Source of the DNA: Octopus sinensis
Lineage: Eukaryota
Assembly (NCBI RefSeq): GCF_006345805.1
Contig: NW_021825932.1
Span: 1-13,996, forward strand
DNA length: 13,996 bases
Direction of reading: 5' to 3'
Position 1 is the first letter of the stretch. The number at the start of each line of letters is the position of its first letter. The notes beneath the pieces are model-generated. The model had not been told where the DNA came from. It did no database searches and saw only the letters and a list, made by a program, of their open reading frames with translations. The position numbers and the translations under genes were made by a program. This document shows positions 1 to 7,211 of the stretch, piece after piece.

Positions 1-94
1 AACAGGCTGTCCTATATGGAGAGTTAAGTACGCTAACACTCAAATATTAGTCATAATCAGTCACAGACGATCTCATAGTAAGAGAAAACACTTT

Positions 95-133
95 TACACA
101 TTGGCTGGCAAGCGGTGGGGAGAAACACAAAGA
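95..133 (-). mobile_element. Short fragment of a cephalopod-type tRNA-SINE body (central region next to a GT/CA tract)
   Basis: Minus strand reads GTGTGTCTTTGTGTTTCTCCCCACCGCTTGCCAGCCAATGTG, resembling the central part of the SINE family seen at 3202-3313 and 4011-4189; recognised from memory only. Confidence 0.4.
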
Positions 134-202
134 CACACACACACACACACACACACAGATATATGCGTGCATATTCACGTGTGTGTGTGTGTGTGTGTGT
201 GT
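133..202. repeat. (AC)n 133-157 and (GT)n 179-202 microsatellites
   Basis: Directly visible dinucleotide runs. Confidence 0.95.
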
Positions 203-458
203 AAATATATTCCGGCCCAACGACTTAAACCTACGATCATTAACGATATGTTGTATTAAAAATTGAGCGAAACGGATTTTAATTAACGAGAACCCCTTAT
301 AATATCACTTGACGAGGCGTGTCTGCAGCGAGTGATGCACCACAATCAATTGTACAAATATCCCACCCTCGAGGGATCATGCACGATGGGTCAAAACGAT
401 CGTCGTGAGCAACAACGTTTCTCGTATATTCCATTTTCCGTCTCTATCATTTGTTTCA

Positions 459-553
459 TATACATATACATACATACATATACATGTATATATGTTTACA
501 TATATATATATATGTATGTATACATACACACACACACCACACACACACCACAC

Positions 554-615
<62 letters not shown>
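459..615. repeat. Compound (TACA)n/(TA)n/(CA)n/(TA)n microsatellite
   Basis: Directly visible; explains the Y/I/H/T-rich ORFs in the ORF track. Confidence 0.95.
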
Positions 616-1559
616 ATTAGTGAATGGAAGAAATTTCGCAACTTTTCGCGACGTTAATAAATACCAAGTTACAGGACTTAGCAAACTTATCTGGCGTTTG
701 AAGAACGCGAATTCAGTTTTTAGGCTGGAATGGTCGATTTTGTCGGTGGCCCTCCCGTTTGATAGGGGCTGAAGGAGGTGTAATCTTTGTAACTCTGAGC
801 TTTTCCACATATTGTTCGCCAGAGGCCGTTTGGTAAACGGGCTTTTACAGACGCTTTTCGATGTCCCATTGGCGGCGTCATACTTATCTTACATATAAAT
901 GATACCTAAGACAATTAACACCTTGTTACCCTATTAAAATGAAAATAATTTTGGAAATAATTTTGAAAAAAACTTTTTAAAAAATCTCTGAATAACTCTT
1001 GCAAGGGGAATTACCCCCCTTAGGCGATTGGTCGGTTTTTTGTTTTTTAGAAGCAGTGCTCATTATCTAGCGCCCCTCGCCAACAACGGGGGCGCACACA
1101 TAGGCTAGTATACACATACATGCTTTTAGGTAGGTTTTGTCTCGCCCCTAAAAAATACACCCTGTATTCTTTAATATTCAGAACATTAGTTTTGGTCACA
1201 CAGACAACATCTCCACACCCCTTGCTCTCATTAATTCCTCTCCTACTAGATTTGACCGCGGCCTGACCTGTAAGTATTCCAACGGACCTTTTGTCGGCCC
1301 CCACCAACCCCCGATTTCAACGTACATTGATAAACAGTTTACCCATGGGCTCTTAAGGAGCGTCCTCGTTCGAATTGCTTTGCTGCGCCTCTGTTTTGTT
1401 TTGTTCTGACAACGTAATTCCTGGTTTTTCCTGAAGAGAAAGCTGCAATATGGTATCATTTAATCAGAATTTGGAAAATTGTGGCCTTTGAAACATGTGT
1501 AGAATGTAATAAAAGGAATTGTACAATCTTCGTTCAACTCATTTCTTCCATTCACTAAT
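616..1559. mobile_element. Non-autonomous TIR DNA transposon (MITE-like, unclassified), ~944 bp
   Basis: Perfect inverted repeat ATATAATTAGTGAATGGAAGAAAT (611-634) versus ATTTCTTCCATTCACTAATTATAT (1541-1564). Read as a 19-bp TIR flanked by TA (614-615, 1560-1561) or TATA. No transposase ORF inside. Confidence 0.7.
887..1108 (+). mobile_element. Non-autonomous Helitron, 222 bp, nested in the TIR element
   Basis: 5' A|TCTTACATATAAA (886|887). 3' GC-rich hairpin GCGCCCCTCG-CCAACAA-CGGGGGCGC (1070-1095), 9 nt spacer, then CTAG|T (1105-1108|1109). This fits the canonical Helitron TC...hairpin...CTRR ends with A|T insertion and no TSD. Confidence 0.65.
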
Positions 1560-1711
1560 TATATTAAACTTCAATTATCCGCACCAACGCACGGTTGCAA
1601 CACCATATGGTCTTATCTCCAACCGTGTTTTTTCTCTGCTGTGATTTTTGCTACCCAGGTATCGGTTAACCTTTTGAATAATCTGTAACAAGAAAATTCA
1701 TCTTTCCATTT

Positions 1712-1717
<6 letters not shown>

Positions 1718-1785
<68 letters not shown>
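1718..1785. repeat. (TA)n microsatellite
   Basis: Directly visible. Confidence 0.97.
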
Positions 1786-1835
1786 AAGAGAATAAGTCAA
1801 GGTAGAAAATGGTAAAATGATTTTATCATAAAAAC

Positions 1836-1878
1836 ATTTTAGTACCGGTTCAGTCATTGGGTCTTTTCAACTCTAAAT
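1836..1878 (-). ncRNA. Degenerate minimal type-I hammerhead ribozyme motif (U3-A8 core variant), probable Penelope-like element relic
   Basis: Minus strand: TTTAGAG-TTGAAAA-GACCCAATGACT-GAA-CCG-GTA-CTAAAA. It has a palindromic stem III (ACCGGT) and a GUA triplet, but stem II is damaged, one A of GAAA is missing and stem I is imperfect. Confidence 0.4.
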
Positions 1879-2150
1879 ATGGAAAACAATTAAATTTTGG
1901 AAAAATTAAATAATTTTTTTTAAAAGAATATTTGCATAGTATTCAGATACAAGGGACATTTTCCTTGTTTCTGCCTGTCTCTATCTCTCGGGTGTGCATG
2001 TATGTGTTTCATGCGAGTATGAGTGAGCATATACATATAGGCATATGAACGTGGTTGTGCGTGCGCGCATGTGTATGTATGTACATGCGCGCATACGCAA
2101 ATTCTATGAGCACTTTTTACTTTCTCCCCTTCGGGTTTTTTCCCTTTATT

Positions 2151-2236
2151 TAACGGCCATTCTAATAGCTCTTTTATATGTCTTAATAACGGTCATTTAC
2201 ATAGTAATTTCCTTTTGTTAACGGTCATTTTCATAG
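2151..2236 (+). repeat. Three copies of an 18-nt motif TAACGGYCATTYWMATAG at 32-36 nt spacing
   Basis: Copies at 2151-2168, 2187-2204, 2219-2236. Confidence 0.85.
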
Positions 2237-2250
2237 CATTTTTTTTGTTT

Positions 2251-2313
2251 TAATAACTGACGAGATGCCGGAGCAGATTTCCGTCCCGACATCCGAAACT
2301 CGGAGTTTTATTA
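2251..2313 (+). ncRNA. Minimal type-I hammerhead ribozyme
   Basis: Stem I TAATAA (2251-2256)/TTATTA (2308-2313); core CTGACGA (2257-2263); long imperfect stem II (2264-2294); GAAAC (2295-2299); 3-bp stem III ACT/AGT with CGG loop; cleavage triplet GUU (2305-2307). Confidence 0.75.
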
Positions 2314-2492
2314 TGGCAACCGAATAATTGTCACATATAATATTACAGTTAAATTCCTCCATTTACATAATATTGAGGTCTCATTCATTCTTTTGTTGTC
2401 ATACTATTAATATATATACATATATCAATAATAACAAAGGGTAAAATTAATTAATTAAGAAGTAATCAATAATTTCACCAAATAGAATTCGG

Positions 2493-3053
2493 CAGTGGCG
2501 ACTGCGTCACTCAGGCTGTTCGGGCTTAGCCTGAGTGTAAATTTAGTAAAGTTCACGTGCATTTGCAAGCTGCTTCAATTTCTGCCAAATGTTATCTATA
2601 ATCGTAAAAATTAAGAGTCATTCAAATACTATGTTTTCTTGAAACAATATATTTCTATAGAGATTAGGATTTAAATTCCAATCTATGAAAAGTTTCCGTT
2701 TTACAATATTCTTAAAGGAACGAAAACTTATCCAGCAACTCGGGCTAAAACAAACGAGCCTGATAGGCGTAAAAGACTACCTCGTCGCTGGTGTTTGTTG
2801 TGTAGTTCTCCGCTGTCGTTGTTTGGTTGCTGTTATTCTATGCGTTTGTGAGTGAAGATTATTTGTGTTTTGCGGGATTGCTTTATTTTTACCCTTAACT
2901 TAGAAATGGAGAAAGACATACTGCTAGTTATAGAAAAATATAAAAGCCATTTGGGGCTAGAAAACAAAGTGGAAAAACTTGAAATTCTTCGAGCAGGCAT
3001 GTGTCTTATGAGAAATCTGTGAACCCGAATGACGCTGATTACCTGGAGTCGCC

Positions 3054-3057
<4 letters not shown>
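2493..3057. mobile_element. Possible hAT-like non-autonomous element, ~565 bp
   Basis: Left end CAGTGGCGACT-GCGTCACTCAGG; right end on the minus strand TAGAGGCGACT-CCAGGTAATCA-GCGTCATTCGGG, so imperfect TIRs with an 11-nt indel. (C/T)AGNGGCG starts are typical of many hAT TIRs. No 8-bp TSD visible. Confidence 0.4.

Positions 3058-3094
<37 letters not shown>
3058..3094. repeat. (TA)n microsatellite
   Basis: Directly visible. Confidence 0.95.
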
Positions 3095-3201
3095 GAGGAA
3101 AATTATAATTGTCACTAAATAATGACTAGGGTGTTAGAATACCTACATTGCAGTATGTGTGTGTGTGTGTGCGCGCGCGTATGTACGTATGTGGTGTAAA
3201 C

Positions 3202-3313
3202 TGGGCCTCTTTCAGTTTGTGTCTACCAAATCCATTTGCAAAGCTTTGATCGGCTCGAGGCTATAAAAGACAGTCACCCAAGATGTCACGCAGTGCGATT
3301 GAACCCAAGACCA
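3202..3313 (-). mobile_element. tRNA-derived SINE, 5' part
   Basis: Minus strand has B-box-like GGTTCAATCGC followed by a body homologous to 4050-4130 (CTATAGCC...AAAGC...GGATTTGGTAGAC); A box not retained. Confidence 0.7.
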
Positions 3314-3649
3314 ATATAGTTATTTGGAAAATTCAATGTGGCCGGTAAGCAAGAAATAAGGAAAGACCCTTTCTCTTTCAATCAAGACTGAATTTTAGGT
3401 GTTTGTGGTTGTCTGAATCGGTTGATGTCTATGAATATATGCATATTTGTACTCATGTGTAGCATAGATAAACTGTGGAAAGATTCCTGTTTCAAGTTAC
3501 CTCGAAATCGATTTCAAAGTATCTCCTGGATCTAATCTGAATCAAAATTTAAATTACTCTTCCACTGTTCGCATTCTCCCTTGTCTTATTTCACTAAAAT
3601 TCTTTTGTTTGCTATTCATTTTATTAATCTTAAAATATGAGCTAGAAAT

Positions 3650-3985
3650 ATGGGATTAATAACCACCGAAAAGACGTTACTACGCACTACCAAAGGTCCC
3701 AACCTGCCCATTTCGAATAAGGACTACAAACTTGAATTTCAAGGGCCCAGAGCTTTTTAATATCTTGCTGAAAGTTTCGAAGGATCTAGGTGGAGTGAAG
3801 GCAGATGCGTTCAAGAAGATCCCAGATTAGCCTATATCACGGTTAGAGACTCAGATGAGGACAGCAGTATCAATGTCATTCAGCAAAAGCCAACCAGGTA
3901 AGAATGATCGAAAAGGTAATGATTCTGGCGGTGCTCCAGTATGGCCACAGCTTTTCGACTGAAATGCATAGAAGAATAAAAGAAA
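3650..3985 (+). mobile_element. 3' end of a CR1/L2-group LINE (decayed ORF2 C-terminus plus 3' tail)
   Basis: Fragmented reading ...PKVPT...RIRT...FKGP.LFNIL...GV..DAFK...PD.P resembles the post-RT C-terminus of CR1/L2-group ORF2. It ends in GGCGGTGCTCCAGTATGGCCACAGC...GACTGAAA plus an A-rich tail. Confidence 0.6.
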
Positions 3986-4010
3986 GCAGCACCTCACATT
4001 TATATGATGC

Positions 4011-4189
4011 CTATGTAGTTAAGAAGCTTCCTTCACAAACAAGATTCTGGGTTCAATGCCACTCGTAGCACCTTCCTCGCAAGTGTTTTTACTATAGCCT
4101 TTGACGACAAAAGCCTCGTGAGTCCATTTGTTCGACTAACACTTTTAGATAGTATGGCTGCAGTCTAATGACTGAAACAAGCAAAAGAT
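4011..4189 (+). mobile_element. tRNA-derived SINE, internally deleted (head joined to tail)
   Basis: B-box-like GGTTCAATGCC (4050-4060); body similar to the reverse complement of 3202-3313; tail AGTATGGCTGCAGTCTAATGACTGAAACAAGCAAAAGA followed by (TA)n. Confidence 0.7.
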
Positions 4190-4242
<53 letters not shown>

Positions 4243-4270
4243 TATATTGTATGTATGTATGTATGTATGT

Positions 4271-4302
<32 letters not shown>

Positions 4303-4346
4303 TGTATGTATGTATGTATGTATGTATGTATGTATGTATGTATATA
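4190..4346. repeat. (TA)n followed by (TATG)n microsatellite
   Basis: Directly visible. Confidence 0.97.
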
Positions 4347-4347
4347 A

Positions 4348-6278
4348 TTTCTTTATTAACCACAAAGGGTTTACATTAAGAAAACATTATGGACAGTACG
4401 GACAAAACAAAGAATGTTTACGTGTGTGAGTGTGTGTTGTTTTGAAGATTTTGCGTGTAAACCAACAAAACCAACAAAATTTTAAAAAATCCTCGATGTG
4501 TGATCCTCAGTAGGGAGGAGATGTTCGAGGGCCCCTCATTGAAAAACCCCATAAAAAAAACCTGGGTTCTCTGACCTTTGGGGCAGGTGCCTTTTTCCTT
4601 TCCTTTTCTCCAACTACAGGCATATGCTCAGGGCAGGCCCGTTCATTTGCACCATTCTTGCCATTTTCATCCACCTTTCAGCAAATTGGCGAGAAGATAA
4701 CCCTTCCCTCTCTACCTTTATTTTCCTTTTCAAGTGAAACTCGAAGAAGTTGATCAGGGATTGGCCAAAGAGAAAAGTGTTTGTCTTCAGCCCCTTCAAT
4801 CTCGTTCACCACCTTACAACCTCTTTCGCCATGGCCATCAGCCACTGAATACAGACCCGAAACCAGCTACCTTGAGGACTGCTACCAGGTATAGATGGTC
4901 GATCCTATCAAAAGCTTTAGACTGATCTAAATTGATCAGAGGCTCTACCCATGCCAAGTTCTTTAACCGCTTTCTCAATGATGTATCACATGAGGTGGAG
5001 GTTATAATGGATGAGTCTTTTCGGGATGGCATATGTCTGTGCCTCCCCTACCAAATCCCCGATGACAAGCACCAACATCGTAGGTGATACCTTGGCCAAA
5101 ATTTTGAACTCTGCATTCAGTAGAATTATGGTTGTCAATACAATCCCCCTTCTTCGGGTATTTTCTTAGCAACGCCACAGCTCCTCGGCCACAAAACTGG
5201 AAATTCTCCCATTCTGTTACCAGTTGCTGTAAACATTTGCTAAGAGGTCGCTGAAAAAGTCTGGCATGTAAGCGTAGAACTCTTAGAGCAGACCATCCAA
5301 ATCAGGCGATTTACCCCTCGTGCAGTTAGTCATTGCTTCCAGTATTTCAAAGGTTATTATCGGCCTTTCGCAGCGCTCCGCCGCCATCGCAGAGAATCGC
5401 GGCAGCCCGTCGCGGTTGGACGTGAAATCCATCTTGCGACCCGGTTGACCGCTGCTACCAAGCAGTCGAGCGAAGCGCTGCTGAAAAGCCGCACACATCT
5501 GTCTCGGATCAGTTATCATTTGCCCTTCGTGGCCCGACAAGGATCAGATCGTGGATTTATTTCCACGCAGTGTCTCTGCCACTCGATCCCATTGAACGGC
5601 TTTCGTCCCTTCGTGTCTAAGAGCTCATGCCTGAGTTCTGACAACGTAACCTTTGTGTTTCGCATTGAAGAATTGGTCGAGTGCCAATCTCATTGCGAGC
5701 ACGTCGGTCGCGATGCCTTTTCTAAAAGCCTCATCTAACTGCTTGACTCGCTCTGTCTCTACTCTGTTTCTTTCTACTGCCAGGTCAACCTGCACCAGTT
5801 CTCCTTTTTGATTTGATAGGCTTCGAAGATTTTCGAGTTTTCCCCGATGTCTACCGTCGCTGCAGCAGTTAGGCAAGGAATGGTTATTTCTTGCAGCATC
5901 TGTTGAATGATGATTTTGGCCAGTCTCTGATCTCAGTAGTAAAGAACTAACAACAGCTCCTCGCTTTTGAAGGAATTAGAGAGTGGTATTTGACTTCTTC
6001 GATGCGAAATCGAACGTCTACTATTCCACAATCCCTTCCTCTCTGTATATACTCCTTTAGATTCCAGACGGAACCTAAAGTTTTTGTATTTGAGACTCTG
6101 CGGCTTTAAACCGACTTTTATTTCGAACAATGTTGTCGAAAACGGAGTCGCAGTTTTTCCCAAGATGTTCTAAGAGATCTTTTTCGAAAAGATTGGCCCT
6201 GCTGCCTTTTTTGTCCTTTCTTTCAACAAAAATACAGTCACCGTTTGTTTTTGTTTTTAGTGCTAGTTCGTTTTTAGA
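4348..6278 (-). mobile_element. L1/Tx1-clade non-LTR retrotransposon, decayed, with two large internal deletions
   Basis: RT motif INLDQSKAFDRIDH (4838-5032 ORF); pre-RT GKSPDLDGL; linker LAVERNRVE...LALDQFFNAKH; C-terminal MAKEVV.WT...FHLKRK...ERW; AATAAA on the minus strand at 4352-4357 marks the 3' end; 5796-6200 looks like an ORF1 N-terminal fragment. Confidence 0.8.
4614..5795 (-). pseudogene. Remnant of L1/Tx1 ORF2 (linker, N-terminal half of RT, extreme C-terminus)
   Basis: ORF pieces 5625-5876, 5283-5540, 4838-5032 and 4614-4799 carry collinear ORF2 motifs with stops and frameshifts; the RT catalytic region and the endonuclease are absent. Confidence 0.75.
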
Positions 6279-6359
6279 GAAGAAGAAGAAGAAGAAGAAG
6301 AAGAAGAAGAAGAAGAAGAAGAAGAAGAAGAAGAAGAAGAAGAAGAAGAAGAAGAAGAA
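6279..6359 (+). repeat. (GAA)27 microsatellite
   Basis: 81-nt perfect run; source of the poly-Lys ORF. Confidence 0.98.
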
Positions 6360-6361
6360 TC

Positions 6362-7040
6362 ATTTAGGACAAACTAATGTGAATTGCAGAATGAACGACA
6401 CAACTGAGAACGACAAAGGCAGAATGTGTGGTGAAAAGGTTGAAAGACTCGGGCACATTGTACAACATGAAACTGGTACAACATGAATACAAACTACAAC
6501 ATAACAAGGTGGCAAGAATGATTCATTGGGAGCTCTGTGGAGATTATGGCTTGCAAAGAGCAAAAATGTGGTATGACCAAATCCTAGAACGAATTACTGA
6601 GAATGAAGATTGCAAAATCCTGTGGGATGCAGTGATTCAGTGTGGCCATTAGATTAAACATCGAAAGTCTGACATTGTTGGAGTGAATAGAAAAAAAATG
6701 CCTGATAATTGATATAATGACAACAGCATTGAAGAGAAAGAAGAAAAAGTGAACAACTGTGATGAACCGAAATGGGAGATATGCAGGTTGTGGGCAATGA
6801 GAAAGGTACTAATAGGGATTGGTGCACTTGGAAGTATCAGTACTCAACTACCAATGTGGTTCAAAAAGACTGGAACGAATGTAAAGAGGGAACACCTACA
6901 AAAATTAACATTGGTTGGAATTGCAAGAGTTCTTTGCAGGATTCTTGAAGTATGATTAATAAACAAGGGTCACCTTAGTCTGCTGGTTGTGGACAGTTGA
7001 CACTTTCCATCATTCCCAGCAAAATAAGATCACAGGTTCA
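6362..7040 (+). mobile_element. R4/Dong-clade LINE, 3' fragment, old and decayed (copy A)
   Basis: CCHC remnant (RMCGEK...HIV), HNKVARMIHW, ENEDCKILWD, IGIGALG, KLTLVGIARVL..ILEV* (stop at 6955), then a 3'UTR. Confidence 0.8.
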
Positions 7041-7052
7041 TATATATTATTA

Positions 7053-7092
<40 letters not shown>

Positions 7093-7100
7093 ATAAATAA

Positions 7101-7154
<54 letters not shown>

Positions 7155-7167
7155 AGTAGTAGTAGTA

Positions 7168-7204
<37 letters not shown>

Positions 7205-7205
7205 T
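7041..7205. repeat. (ATT)n 7046-7090 fused directly to (AAT)n 7091-7203 with a (GTA)n patch
   Basis: Directly visible; palindromic centre TTATTA|TAATAA. Confidence 0.95.
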
Positions 7206-7211
7206 AAAAAT

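Larger units (their letters stand above)
2130..2480 (+). mobile_element. Probable Penelope-like element terminal (pseudo-LTR) remnant
   Basis: Minimal type-I hammerheads in animals are characteristically in Penelope-like pLTRs; AT-rich tandem subrepeats lie upstream; no RT or GIY-YIG ORF present; boundaries uncertain. Confidence 0.4.

Noticed and set aside
203-458. Relatively CpG-rich unique stretch, possible promoter or exon
   Set aside because: No splice-consistent ORF, motif or terminal structure that I can support
332-810. Several overlapping ORFs rich in Y, I, H, T, C, V
   Set aside because: Translations of TA/CA/TACA microsatellites, which lack stops in several frames
1151-1166. AAAAATACACCCTG|TA, resembling a Tc1/mariner terminus (TA|CAGGGTGT on the minus strand)
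   Set aside because: No partner TIR found in the window; too short to call
1590-1627. 8-bp inverted repeat CACGGTTG/CAACCGTG enclosing palindrome ACCATATGGT
   Set aside because: Repeats of this size are expected by chance in 14 kb; no supporting context
2062-2093. 11-bp hairpin TGCGCGCATGT/ACATGCGCGCA
   Set aside because: Built from alternating purine-pyrimidine low-complexity sequence that is self-complementary by nature
4011-4070. tRNA gene
   Set aside because: B-box only, no cloverleaf; it is a SINE head
6130-6486. 118-aa ORF with a poly-Lys run
   Set aside because: Read-through of (GAA)27 joining the antisense Tx1 5' end to copy A
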